A stretch of DNA of 64,000 bases from a virus (Duplodnaviria > Caudoviricetes): IMG/VR virus record IMGVR_UViG_3300027672_001796. One strand, given 5' to 3'. The position numbers and the translations under genes are program-made. The notes below the pieces were generated by a model that worked only from the letters and a program-made list of their open reading frames with translations, was not told where the DNA came from and made no database searches. This document shows positions 37,204-46,388 of this stretch, in pieces. How positions within the stretch are numbered: the stretch's first letter is position 1; each line of letters begins with the position of its first letter.

Positions 37204-38582
37204 GAGGCGTTCTCGTATTTGTATTGTTTGTTTGTGTATAAGTTTTTAACGTATTGTACTGTAGTTTGAGCACTAGCATCAAGCGATACAATCCATTTAG
37301 CACCATCGTATTCTATAATATCGTGAACATCTGCATTAAAGATGCCCCAGTTGTCTCCAACAATTTCATTAGTAAGCAAGTATCGTTGTCCAGTTGCAAC
37401 TGCAACTAGTGTGCCGTCTCCTGGATAATTATTAAGCGGATTAACAATTCTTGTTACATCAGTTTGTGTTGTACTAGGCAATGTATCACTGTCTAATGTG
37501 AACACTAACTTAGCAGTATCTGTCACTGACCTGACAATAGTTCCTGTGATTAACGAGGCACTTTCAAGGTCATTATTGATATTTAATTGTAGTGTACTTC
37601 CAGCCGTTAACGGAATATCTGCAAGGTTTACAGCATTCGAGCCAGCAGATCCACTGCTAGTTTGAGGTGCTAACACTTCTAATAAGTCATTCCAATTTGC
37701 TTTCACGGTAGTTCCGTCATCGTAAACACTTTGAGCTGGAGTACCAGTTGGAGCACTTTTAAATAGTGTTGCTTCAGCACCATCTATACTTACCCAATAG
37801 TTATTTGGTGTAATAGTTTGAATTTCCATATCACCGTCTATGGTTCTAAAGAAGTCGTAAATATCTGAATCGTACCCTAAGTCGCCTGTGCTATCTGTCT
37901 TGTACACATTAGCAGTAATAGAGTTAATAATTTTTTGACGTTTAACTGCCGCCGGCGGACTTAGCCATATAGGCATAACAAATGTCAGCGTAGCAACATC
38001 GAGCGTTTCATCGACACCAGCTGGAATACTTCTATTACTCCACTGTATATCAGTTAATTCAACTTCGAATATATTAGCCCAATCCAACGGATTTGAGTTT
38101 TGTTGTAACTGCAAACTTGGATTGAATAATATTAAAATTTGTTCTAACAACTGTAGTTTCTGGTCAGTATTACTACTCCAAATATCTACTTGCATTGTTA
38201 AGTTGTAAGGTACAGGCATTATTCTGTCTGTACTATATAAGTTTCCTTTTCCAGTGCCGTACGTTGAAGTATTAGTATCGTATGCCCTTTCAGCCACTTG
38301 CACTTTGGAAACTAGTGTTGGATCTTGTGTCCTGTCTCTAGCAATTAATAAACTTTGTATACTACATGCAATAAATGGAGTGCTGTTAATCATGTTCTCG
38401 CCACCCTTAGTAAGGATGTGAGCAACCATTCGGCTCATGTCTGAATATCTAACAGGAGCTTTGTTATAATATGTAACACCGCCACGTTTACCTTCGGAAA
38501 CTTTAAATTCACCAAAGATCCGCATGAACTGTAGTAAGTATCTTCTTACCTGTGCGTCATAAAAATAATCCATATTTGCCAT
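37146..38582 (-). CDS. gp15: tail terminator / sheath stabilizer (T4 gp15-like) with C-terminal extension
   Basis: YFYDAQVRRYLLQF..IF, MPVPYNLTMQVDIW, QLLEQILILFNP. Confidence 0.85.
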   Translation of the reverse strand: MANMDYFYDAQVRRYLLQFMRIFGEFKVSEGKRGGVTYYNKAPVRYSDMSRMVAHILTKGGENMINSTPFIACSIQSLLIARDRTQDPTLVSKVQVAERAYDTNTSTYGTGKGNLYSTDRIMPVPYNLTMQVDIWSSNTDQKLQLLEQILILFNPSLQLQQNSNPLDWANIFEVELTDIQWSNRSIPAGVDETLDVATLTFVMPIWLSPPAAVKRQKIINSITANVYKTDSTGDLGYDSDIYDFFRTIDGDMEIQTITPNNYWVSIDGAEATLFKSAPTGTPAQSVYDDGTTVKANWNDLLEVLAPQTSSGSAGSNAVNLADIPLTAGSTLQLNINNDLESASLITGTIVRSVTDTAKLVFTLDSDTLPSTTQTDVTRIVNPLNNYPGDGTLVAVATGQRYLLTNEIVGDNWGIFNADVHDIIEYDGAKWIVSLDASAQTTVQYVKNLYTNKQYKYENASWTSTHEGQYNPGYWKLNL

Positions 38583-38583
38583 A

Positions 38584-39606
38584 CTAGTCTGCCTTCGGTT
38601 TCACTATTTTACTGAGATTAGTTTTAACTGAATCAGTTGTACCATCAGTATTAATTCTTTGGTCATCATTGTTAACAAACGAAGTAAGTATCTTGTTAGC
38701 CGCCGACCATGCCTGTGTCTTATCATCACTAACCCTACGCCAAACACTCAAGTTCTTTAAGAATAATCTGTGCGGTGAAAAGTCTGTTCTTAGGAAGTAA
38801 TCGCCTTCGTTTGCATCTGCCGGGAATGTTGCGCCACTGCCAACTATAACTGCTCCGTTTGGAGGAGTGCCATCGACATTAGGAAGATAAATTCCAGGTG
38901 CGTCACCTTCTACATACAAATGACCACCAGCTACATAGTCTGCATCATACGGTGTTTCAGCCGCCGCCAATGCTTGAACTTTATCTGATATAGCAATTTC
39001 TGTGCTGTAAGTACTTAATATATTTCGTAAATCGTCAGCACTTTCACCAGTGCCAAGTATATCTCTGTACTCTGGACTGTCTGTTATGTTAGTTAGTTTC
39101 ACTCTCCACAAGTGGGGCCACCATCTTGCATCGTAGCCTTCTGCTGGTCTGCCTGCATCACTAACAACAAAATATCTATTAACGGCTTCACCGCCACCAA
39201 GTAATAAGTCATCTCGTAAATGAGGTAGCTCAACAACATCACCTGCCATTAAACGTCTGCCTAATAAACTAGCTAAGGTATTCATATGGAAAGTCATAAA
39301 CAATGAGTCATTGTTAACAAACAGTCCAAACTGTGTTAAGTCAAACTCTGGATCACCGGGAGTATAACTGCCACGTAATTCGTAGATATCAGTATCATAC
39401 TTCCTGTCTCTGTTTTCTAAAAACAGTACATCTTGTATATACAAGTCTCCTGTTCCGGTACTTGCAGTGGTGTCATCAGTGTATGTTCCTATGTATTTGT
39501 GTACATAGACTCCTGTTCCACCCGCGTTGATATTCTCGGCAATAATTCTATCTTGAAAATCATAGTCGTTTGTTTTGTTCTTGTTCCATAAACTTAATCT
39601 AGGCAT
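38584..39606 (-). CDS. gp14: neck / head-completion protein (T4 gp14-like)
   Basis: MPRLSLW, IQDVLFLENRDRKYD, FDLTQFGLF, GDVVELPHL; start moved to ATG 39606, 5 nt after GATAAATA. Confidence 0.75.
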   Translation of the reverse strand: MPRLSLWNKNKTNDYDFQDRIIAENINAGGTGVYVHKYIGTYTDDTTASTGTGDLYIQDVLFLENRDRKYDTDIYELRGSYTPGDPEFDLTQFGLFVNNDSLFMTFHMNTLASLLGRRLMAGDVVELPHLRDDLLLGGGEAVNRYFVVSDAGRPAEGYDARWWPHLWRVKLTNITDSPEYRDILGTGESADDLRNILSTYSTEIAISDKVQALAAAETPYDADYVAGGHLYVEGDAPGIYLPNVDGTPPNGAVIVGSGATFPADANEGDYFLRTDFSPHRLFLKNLSVWRRVSDDKTQAWSAANKILTSFVNNDDQRINTDGTTDSVKTNLSKIVKPKAD

Positions 39607-39633
39607 AGCAGTATTTATCACTTTCTAAAGTTC

Positions 39634-39662
39634 TTGACACAAGACGTGATAACTACTATAAT
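39634..39662 (+). promoter_or_regulatory. sigma70-type promoter for tRNA-Ser
   Basis: TTGACA-17 nt-TATAAT. Confidence 0.85.
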
Positions 39663-39672
39663 GTCTACATAC

Positions 39673-39762
39673 GGAGAGTTGGCTGAGTGGTCGAAAGCGC
39701 CTCCCTGCTAAGGAGGTATATGGGTAACTGTATCGAGGGTTCGAATCCCTCACTCTCCGCCA
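39673..39762 (+). tRNA. tRNA-Ser(GCT)
   Basis: Acceptor GGAGAGT/ACTCTCC, anticodon arm CCTCC-CTGCTAA-GGAGG, long variable arm, GGTTCGAATCC, encoded CCA. Confidence 0.97.
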
Positions 39763-39767
39763 CTTAC

Positions 39768-40241
39768 TTAACTAGCTGATGTAATTAAACTAGCCATAAA
39801 GCCTATTATACCACCACATGCTGTTATGCCCACAGCAATAGCACCCATATCAAACCAGAACCTTCTAGACTCTGCCTTGAGCGTTGCCGCCCGCATTCTA
39901 GCTTGTTGGATTGCTCTGCGTTCTTTCATCATATCTTCATAGAACCCAGCTTGTCCTGAATATATTAAAAACTCTCTGAGTTCCTTCTCAAGATTTGCCA
40001 TTTTATGTTTGGCGGCTGTTATTTCTAGTGCCTGTGCTTCTACACTACTGCCACTGAATAACTTTTTAATCATTGGTTGATTTTGACCGTATTGGCTAGC
40101 ACCTATTATCTGATCCTTAGCATCAAAGAACTTACCAAAATATCCAGCAACATCTTCTATTTCTCGACCCGCCGCGACTGCTCGTTGAATGCCCTTGAAG
40201 GCGGCATTTGCCAGGCTAATTGCCCCTGCTATCTCTATCAT
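39768..40241 (-). CDS. hypothetical protein with C-terminal TM segment
   Basis: 157 aa; SD AGGAG; GATAAGTA upstream at 40283-40276. Confidence 0.75.
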   Translation of the reverse strand: MIEIAGAISLANAAFKGIQRAVAAGREIEDVAGYFGKFFDAKDQIIGASQYGQNQPMIKKLFSGSSVEAQALEITAAKHKMANLEKELREFLIYSGQAGFYEDMMKERRAIQQARMRAATLKAESRRFWFDMGAIAVGITACGGIIGFMASLITSAS

Positions 40242-40310
40242 GTGCGTCTCCTACGACCCGTATGACCTACAATAGTACTTATCTAAACCACAAATACCGG
40301 TAAAAAACGG

Positions 40311-40338
40311 TTGACTTACCAGCAAAATACTGTATAAT
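40311..40338 (+). promoter_or_regulatory. sigma70-type early promoter
   Basis: TTGACT-16 nt-TATAAT with an A-rich UP element. Confidence 0.7.
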
Positions 40339-40372
40339 AGTATACATATTAACGCAAAGAGGCAGTAGTTAC

Positions 40373-40651
40373 ATGGCATATTACACTCATACAGCAGATC
40401 CAATAGGCGTTTTCACTGAAAAAGAATACGGAAATTACTTTGAATTTAGTAATAATCCAGATAATTTTGCATTTTGCGAAGACCACCCACATGTTGTATG
40501 GGTAGGATCTCATGGAGTTGGGGGAGATAGCGGACGCCGTTATGCTACTGTTAAGAAGACAGTTGCTTATGTGGTAGTTGGTGAAGACGAGTTTGGACTT
40601 CCTGTTGTTGAGAAGTGGAATATCAAACAGCGTAAAGATTATTTCGTATAA
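40373..40651 (+). CDS. hypothetical early protein
   Basis: 92 aa downstream of the promoter; GAGG SD. Confidence 0.7.
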   Translation: MAYYTHTADPIGVFTEKEYGNYFEFSNNPDNFAFCEDHPHVVWVGSHGVGGDSGRRYATVKKTVAYVVVGEDEFGLPVVEKWNIKQRKDYFV

Positions 40652-40654
40652 CAG

Positions 40655-40820
40655 ACAAGCACATTAACTCTGTGCTAGTAGTAAGTTGTTCCTTCTATGA
40701 TAGAACTTAGGGTAGTTCCTAAGAATTGGAACACGATGACAGTAGTCCGTACACTTGGGTACGATAGTTTGAAGCGGTGGAGAACTGAAGATCTCGGTTC
40801 CGGGAAGCTGTTAAAACACC
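40655..40820 (+). ncRNA. candidate structured RNA upstream of tRNA-Trp
   Basis: Stacked hairpins AGCACA/TGTGCT; three-way junction TGTTCC[TTCTA/TAGAA][CTTAGG/CCTAAG]GGAACA; CGTAC/GTACG; GGTG...CACC enclosing GAGA/TCTC. Confidence 0.4.
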
Positions 40821-40833
40821 AATACTTATTTAT

Positions 40834-40908
40834 GAGTTAGTGGTCTAATGGTAAGATGCAGGTCTCCAAAACCTTGCGATTGGGGTTCGAATCCTTACTA
40901 GCTCGCCA
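40834..40908 (+). tRNA. tRNA-Trp(CCA)
   Basis: Acceptor GAGTTAG/CTAGCTC, anticodon loop CTCCAAA, GGTTCGAATCC, encoded CCA; several G-U pairs. Confidence 0.9.
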
Positions 40909-40929
40909 AATTGAAATAGGATAGATGTA

Positions 40930-41325
40930 ATGACAGATACAGATTATCGTATGATACGCAATGCAATGAGAACCCCAGACGGCACATTATTGCAAAGCCG
41001 ACACCGGCATGATTATGTTACTCACAAGGATAAGAACGGCAACGAGTACATGGTTGATGGTGGATTAAGTTATATTCGTTCCAGTGCTAACGGTGACGAA
41101 GAATTGTTGACCGTTACACTTGCAGATTCTCATGAACAGGTTAGAGAGTCATGTGATTGGGGAACATATGGCATTGCCGGCGATCAACCGCTGTCATATA
41201 TTACTTTGTGTGACATGACCACTGACCACATTGAAGCAGTCATTAAGAATGTGCCGTCAATCAATCCAGCAATTAAAATTGCTATGCAGAACGAGTTGGA
41301 GTATCGCAATGACAATGCCAAATGA
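40930..41325 (+). CDS. hypothetical phage protein
   Basis: IRNAMRTPDGTLLQSRHRHDYVTH...VDGGLSYIR...WGTYG. Confidence 0.75.
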   Translation: MTDTDYRMIRNAMRTPDGTLLQSRHRHDYVTHKDKNGNEYMVDGGLSYIRSSANGDEELLTVTLADSHEQVRESCDWGTYGIAGDQPLSYITLCDMTTDHIEAVIKNVPSINPAIKIAMQNELEYRNDNAK

Positions 41326-41518
41326 AAGGTGTAATGCTGTAAATAACACAAGGCAGTTCCTTGTAGACTTAATGGATCCCAAGAAAACTCCACGAGTACC
41401 GAGTGCTGTACGAAAAGAAGCATATCGTTGCCTAAAGCATTACCCTGGTGAATATCATATGGAAGAGGCGGAAAAACAAGCACCTAAAATATTTGGGGAT
41501 TGGAATAGTGGATTATAA
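41309..41518 (+). CDS. small hypothetical phage protein
   Basis: MTMPNER...FLVDL..PKKTPRVP..VR.EA.RCLKHYP; start moved downstream from the ORF-track call. Confidence 0.7.
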   Translation: MTMPNERCNAVNNTRQFLVDLMDPKKTPRVPSAVRKEAYRCLKHYPGEYHMEEAEKQAPKIFGDWNSGL

Positions 41519-41834
41519 TCCCGACAACTGGGTAATATTAAAGATCAAAGAAGGCAAAGGTACATTCCCCTTCTACAAAGTTCTAGCAGGATGGAGTGGT
41601 GGTTACTTAGATGGTGACAGTTGGCGAATGAACAGTGGTATTACTCTTGTGTTTGATCGTGAAGATGAAATTCATTTTCATGGTGAAAGCGGATCACTCT
41701 ACAGATGCCACAAAGAAGGTTATGGTTTGCGTATGAATAACGCAGGTGTTTATAATCAGTTAATAGAGCAACAACAATTCAAAGGTCAAGTACAAATGAT
41801 GCCAGAAGATACTGATTGGATGAAGTTAGTATGA
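41508..41834 (+). CDS. hypothetical phage protein
   Basis: PDNWVILKI...YKVLAGWSGGYLDGDSWRMNSGI; likely GTG start at 41508. Confidence 0.7.
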   Translation: MDYNPDNWVILKIKEGKGTFPFYKVLAGWSGGYLDGDSWRMNSGITLVFDREDEIHFHGESGSLYRCHKEGYGLRMNNAGVYNQLIEQQQFKGQVQMMPEDTDWMKLV

Positions 41835-42181
41835 TTAGTTATAGCACAAACTGGATGGGTCCAGTAATGAATCGTTGGTACGAAGAACGAGGCATACCTT
41901 TCGAGTTGCGAAAGACTTCTGGTAAGATACTACCAGTAATGGAGTACAAACAATTTCTTGAATCCTATTCATGTGGACGTATTGATATCTATGGACTTGA
42001 TGAAGACGCATATTGGTGTGGTAAATCCGAATATAGTGTTGCTCCTATGCGTACAGAAGATTGGAATGCATTAAGTGAATGGTTATATGGCTTTGAGTCT
42101 AAAGAGCTTGTATCAAAAGACTCTCTCATAGAACAATTTGAAAATGATTATGGTAAAAAGATAAGGTGGTGGAAGAACTAA
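41831..42181 (+). CDS. hypothetical phage protein
   Basis: MISYSTNWMGPV..., coupled by overlap to both neighbours. Confidence 0.65.
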   Translation: MISYSTNWMGPVMNRWYEERGIPFELRKTSGKILPVMEYKQFLESYSCGRIDIYGLDEDAYWCGKSEYSVAPMRTEDWNALSEWLYGFESKELVSKDSLIEQFENDYGKKIRWWKN

Positions 42182-42660
42182 TGAAAATTAAAATAGGAAA
42201 GTATCCGACACATCGTTGGTATCATAACTTTCTATACGAAAAGTTTGGTATTGGTAATGAGCCTAAAGTATCTGTGCATATAGATGACTTCGACACTTGG
42301 AGTATGGATCATACCCTTTCATATATCATTGAGCCAATGCTCAAGCAACTCAAATTAACCAAGCATGGTGCTCCTTATGTGTACCCTGAAGATGTCCCGG
42401 CAGAGTTGCGTCCTACTAAAAAAGAACTAACAGCATACACTAAAAATGGTGAGACTGATAACAAGTTCTTTGAGCGTTGGGATTGGGTAATGGATGAAAT
42501 GATCTTCGCCTTTGAGAGCAAACATAACGATTGGGAAAATCAATTCCAAATTGATGAGATTGTCGCCCTTTGGGATTGGGAAGGACGTACTGCATACCAA
42601 GAACGTATTAGTAACGGCTTTAAACTATTCGGCAAGTACTACGAAAATTTATGGGATTAA
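42181..42660 (+). CDS. hypothetical phage protein
   Basis: VHIDDFDTWSMDHTL..II.PML.QLK..KHGAP...W.W..DEMIFAF...GFKLFGKYY..LWD. Confidence 0.75.
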   Translation: MKIKIGKYPTHRWYHNFLYEKFGIGNEPKVSVHIDDFDTWSMDHTLSYIIEPMLKQLKLTKHGAPYVYPEDVPAELRPTKKELTAYTKNGETDNKFFERWDWVMDEMIFAFESKHNDWENQFQIDEIVALWDWEGRTAYQERISNGFKLFGKYYENLWD

Positions 42661-42661
42661 T

Positions 42662-42742
42662 ATGATAGAAATTTTCGTGTATGCGTTCGGGTGTGTTGTG
42701 TTCATAGTCTGGATCATAATCAAAGGAGAAGAGGACGAGTAG
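42662..42742 (+). CDS. 26-aa single-TM microprotein
   Basis: MIEIFVYAFGCVVFIVWIIIKGEEDE*, starting 1 nt after the previous stop. Confidence 0.4.
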   Translation: MIEIFVYAFGCVVFIVWIIIKGEEDE

Positions 42743-42824
42743 GGTATAAATACATGTGCTGTAATACAAACTATATATCGGTAATGATATATTACACATA
42801 CACATGTATTGCACGGAGATAGAA

Positions 42825-43064
42825 ATGGTAAAAGCAAAAAAAGTTGCAAAAAAAGTCGAGTCAATTAATAAATTCGGTCCGCAAAAAGATTCAAAAGGAC
42901 ACTATTGGTTCGAATACGTTGGTAAAAACGTACAAGCAAATGCAGAACAAATTAGTAAAAACATTAGAAAAAATTCTGAACAAATAGGTAAAAACATAAC
43001 TGCTAACGCTAACTCAGTTGGCGATAGAATGAAAGCATACTTAAATAGAAAAATATCTAAGTAA
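42825..43064 (+). CDS. small basic protein with 11-residue repeats
   Basis: SD GGAG; VGKNVQANAEQ / ISKNIRKNSEQ / IGKNITANANS; late promoter TATAAATA near 42745. Confidence 0.6.
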   Translation: MVKAKKVAKKVESINKFGPQKDSKGHYWFEYVGKNVQANAEQISKNIRKNSEQIGKNITANANSVGDRMKAYLNRKISK

Positions 43065-43077
43065 CAACATATTTACT

Positions 43078-43102
43078 AAGAGCTCATTGTATGGGCTCTT
43101 TT
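43078..43102 (+). terminator. intrinsic terminator
   Basis: AAGAGCTCA-TTGTA-TGGGCTCTT plus TT. Confidence 0.7.
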
Positions 43103-43109
43103 AATTTCT

Positions 43110-43185
43110 GGGGATGTAGCTCAGTTGGGAGAGCGGTTCCCTTGCACGGAACAGGTCGTAGGTTCGATCCCTATCATCTCCACCA
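43110..43185 (+). tRNA. tRNA-Ala(TGC)
   Basis: Acceptor GGGGATG/CATCTCC with G3-U70, anticodon arm GTTCC-CTTGCAC-GGAAC, GGTTCGATCC, encoded CCA. Confidence 0.97.
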
Positions 43186-43207
43186 GGTATTAAGACAAGG
43201 ATAAACA

Positions 43208-43933
43208 TTGAACATAGAAACTGTAACATGGGTCCATCATTGGACAGACAAGACTTTTAGTTTTAAGACCACACGAAGCCAAACTTTTCGTTTTATAAAT
43301 GGCGAGTTTGCTATGATTGGATTAAAAGGAGAAGAGGAAGGATCACGTCCTTTAATTAGAGCATACAGTATTGCAAGTGCAAACTATGAAGACGAGTTAG
43401 AGTTCCTTAGTATTAAGGTACCGGACGGACCTCTTACAAGCCGTCTACAGCATTTAAAAGTTGGAGACGAAATAGTAGTAATGCCTAAGACAACCGGCAC
43501 ACTAACGATTGATAACATAACTAAAGCAAAGAATTTAATTTTACTTTCAACTGGAACAGGAATTGCACCCTTCCTAAGTATAATCAGAGACCCTGATACA
43601 TACGATAAGTTTGAAAATGTTACATTGGTACACACCACACGAACACACGCAGAGCATACTTACACTGACTTAATGGCAGAATTAGCAGAAACATTTCCAC
43701 TTAAATATTACGACACTTGTACCCAAGAAGATTATGTACGTTCAGGACGCTTCTGGGAACATGTAAATAATTTTACAGATGGAGGCTTTAATAAAGATAC
43801 AGATCGAGTTATGGTGTGCGGAGGCCCAGAGATGAATTACGAGTGTAGAGATTTTCTCGAAGAGCATAATTTTCAAGAAGGAAATTTAGGTGAGCCGGGC
43901 GACTTTGTGTTAGAACGTGCATTCGTAGACTGA
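43208..43933 (+). CDS. fpr: ferredoxin(flavodoxin)-NADP+ reductase
   Basis: VHHWTDKTFSFKTTR, GEFAMIGL, RAYSIAS, KVPDGPLTSRL, STGTGIAPFLS, MVCGGP; TTG start. Confidence 0.95.
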   Translation: MNIETVTWVHHWTDKTFSFKTTRSQTFRFINGEFAMIGLKGEEEGSRPLIRAYSIASANYEDELEFLSIKVPDGPLTSRLQHLKVGDEIVVMPKTTGTLTIDNITKAKNLILLSTGTGIAPFLSIIRDPDTYDKFENVTLVHTTRTHAEHTYTDLMAELAETFPLKYYDTCTQEDYVRSGRFWEHVNNFTDGGFNKDTDRVMVCGGPEMNYECRDFLEEHNFQEGNLGEPGDFVLERAFVD

Positions 43934-43944
43934 TAAATATACAT

Positions 43945-45876
43945 ATGACAGAAGCAACAAAACATGTACCGGATCTAACGTATACAGATTTTACCTTAGA
44001 GTTGTATAAGCAATTCCATAACCAGCCTGGTTTAATTAATCCTTTTAAAAACATCGAAGTAACACATACACCTGTACAGGTTTTATTGTTCACAGACTCA
44101 CCTGGCTGGGGGAACCTGCATCCATTACAATCTATGAGCGAAACTACTATCGACCATCACGGTATAAAACGTGATGGATTAACTCGTACAACAGGTGTAA
44201 ATGATGTAGACAAATGGAAAGACGGTAGGTATGACAGATCAAATTTTAATACAAGTAGAGCAATGGGTGTGTATAAACTAGCACACGAATGCAGAGAGCA
44301 TGGCTTTACAGTTCAAGTTATAGATAACATGTTTCATTTAGACATCGAAACAACAAAACGAGTTATAGACAAGTTTGTAGGTAAAGAAACTTTAATGTTA
44401 GGAGTTAGTAGCACATTTAGAAGTTTTCAATTACTATCACAACGACCATCCATATCAAACTTTGATCCGTTTGAAGGGTTTGACCGAGAAGAAAAAGACG
44501 AATGGATAAAAGACTTAACAGTTACTCGTAAACATTTCTTTTCAACTGGTGCAAAAGGCGACAAGATACTAGGCAAATATATACATGATATAAATCCTAA
44601 TGTAAAATATATTATTGGCGGAGCAAACGTTACTGCACAATATTCGCATCCAGATCCTAACGAAAAAGGTTTAATGGACTATGTGAATTTAGGATTTGGC
44701 GATGTAACAATGCCACAAATATTACAACACCTTAAAGATGGCGGCAAAGCAGACCATTTACCCACAAATAAAAATAAGGTAATGGTAACTGCTGATGGCG
44801 AAAGTAAGTTAGACATAAAACATTCAACCCAAGTGTGGCAATCAGAAGATTTAGTCCAACGTGGCGAAATATTACCCTTGGAAGTTGCTCGAGGATGTAT
44901 ATTTAGATGCAGTTTTTGTTCTTTCCCACTGAACGGCAAAGCTAAAGGCGAAGCAGTAAGAGATTTCAGTTATATCAGAGAAGAACTAATAGAGAATTAC
45001 GAAAAGTATGGTATAGAAGATTATTGGTTAACAGATGACACGTTTAATGATGACCATCAAAAAATGATTGACTGGCATGCAATGACACAGACGCTTCCAT
45101 TTAAATTAAAGTGGAGTTCGTACATTAGATTAGATTTAGTATACATGAATCGTAAACATAATCCACCACAAGCACAGTTAATTGCAGAAAGTGGTTGCAG
45201 ACTGACAAACTTGGGTATTGAAACAACTGATCCTGAATGTGCTAAAGATATTGGCAAAGGATTAAACCCAAATATACAATTTGCATATTTGAGAGAGTTA
45301 GCAGACGGCTATTGGAAGGGCATGACATTTATGAGCGGTATGATAGCCGGTCTACCCAGTGATACTAGGAAAACTCTTAACAAGATGAGTAAGTTTTTAC
45401 TTTCAAAAGACAATCCTTTACATACTATTAACATGAATCCGTTGTATATTAGAAAAACTGATGATGATGCTCACTATTTTACTGAACTTAGTATAAGTGA
45501 ATTTAGTGCTAACTGGAAAGAGCATGGATATGAGTTCACAGAGTTTGATAAAAACGGTGAAGAAATACCAATGGATGCTAGAGGCACGTTAATGAAAAGT
45601 ACGCTGAGTTGGAAAAATAGAAATGGGCTAACATTTTACGACATAGTAAAGTATGCCATGAAGTTTAACAATAGATTAACTTCAGCAAACAAACATGTAT
45701 CAAGTCCATTATTTGTTGCACACGGATTACCGTACCACGATGAAAGATTAGCCGCTCCAGGCGAGCTATACGATGAACAAAACAACTTTTATTTCAATTA
45801 TAAAGAATATTGTAAAGTAAACGATTACTTTTACAAATTATTTACGGAAAATCACACCCACTACTACAGGAAATAG
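43945..45876 (+). CDS. cobalamin-binding-type radical SAM enzyme
   Basis: EVARGCIFRCSFCSFP (CxxxCxxC), LTDDTFN, LGIET, MIAGLP; N-terminal B12-binding-like domain (GVSSTF, IIGGA). Confidence 0.85.
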   Translation: MTEATKHVPDLTYTDFTLELYKQFHNQPGLINPFKNIEVTHTPVQVLLFTDSPGWGNLHPLQSMSETTIDHHGIKRDGLTRTTGVNDVDKWKDGRYDRSNFNTSRAMGVYKLAHECREHGFTVQVIDNMFHLDIETTKRVIDKFVGKETLMLGVSSTFRSFQLLSQRPSISNFDPFEGFDREEKDEWIKDLTVTRKHFFSTGAKGDKILGKYIHDINPNVKYIIGGANVTAQYSHPDPNEKGLMDYVNLGFGDVTMPQILQHLKDGGKADHLPTNKNKVMVTADGESKLDIKHSTQVWQSEDLVQRGEILPLEVARGCIFRCSFCSFPLNGKAKGEAVRDFSYIREELIENYEKYGIEDYWLTDDTFNDDHQKMIDWHAMTQTLPFKLKWSSYIRLDLVYMNRKHNPPQAQLIAESGCRLTNLGIETTDPECAKDIGKGLNPNIQFAYLRELADGYWKGMTFMSGMIAGLPSDTRKTLNKMSKFLLSKDNPLHTINMNPLYIRKTDDDAHYFTELSISEFSANWKEHGYEFTEFDKNGEEIPMDARGTLMKSTLSWKNRNGLTFYDIVKYAMKFNNRLTSANKHVSSPLFVAHGLPYHDERLAAPGELYDEQNNFYFNYKEYCKVNDYFYKLFTENHTHYYRK

Positions 45877-45888
45877 TTAAATACTGGT

Positions 45889-46311
45889 ATGGAACTACCG
45901 CACAGACACCCAATTGCATTAATAGACTCGCATAATATATTAGATGACGAGAATGTTGTTGCAACATATACTATCCAAGCAGACCATCCAGTCCTAGAAG
46001 GACACTTCCCACACATTAAAATATGGCCCGGGGTGTATCTCATCGAAGGTATGAATCAGTGTGCTGGATTACATGCATTACATTTAGCAAAAGACAAAAT
46101 TAGCGAAGTTGGACATAGTGGATATGTTACTTTTGTTACCAGTGTAGATAGAGCAAAATTTAGAACTCCAGTATTCCCCGGAGACCAATTAACACTCACA
46201 GCCAAACTTATTAAACGTAGAAGAGACCACATTTTTTACTCTTGTGAGGTCTGGAAAAACGATAAAGTGTGTGCAAGTGCTACAATCGGACTCACAGCCA
46301 AGCAACTTTAG
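45889..46311 (+). CDS. fabZ: 3-hydroxyacyl-ACP dehydratase (FabZ-like hot-dog fold)
   Basis: LPHRHPIALID, GHFP, PGVYLIEGMNQ (His/Glu dyad), AKFRTPVFPGDQL. Confidence 0.88.
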   Translation: MELPHRHPIALIDSHNILDDENVVATYTIQADHPVLEGHFPHIKIWPGVYLIEGMNQCAGLHALHLAKDKISEVGHSGYVTFVTSVDRAKFRTPVFPGDQLTLTAKLIKRRRDHIFYSCEVWKNDKVCASATIGLTAKQL

Positions 46312-46333
46312 TAAATGACGTCAAAATAACCTA

Positions 46334-46362
46334 TTGACATTCCTTTTTTGTGGTGCTATACT
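46334..46362 (+). promoter_or_regulatory. sigma70-type promoter
   Basis: TTGACA-17 nt-TATACT with extended TG. Confidence 0.8.
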
Positions 46363-46388
46363 AACTACCAATTAAGAAGGAGATAAAA

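Noticed and set aside
40776-40800. GGAGA...CTGAAG...CTCGG resemblance to a glycine riboswitch core
   Set aside because: The intervening P2/P3 helices and the second aptamer are absent, and the downstream gene is a tRNA. Kept only as part of the unassigned structured RNA candidate.
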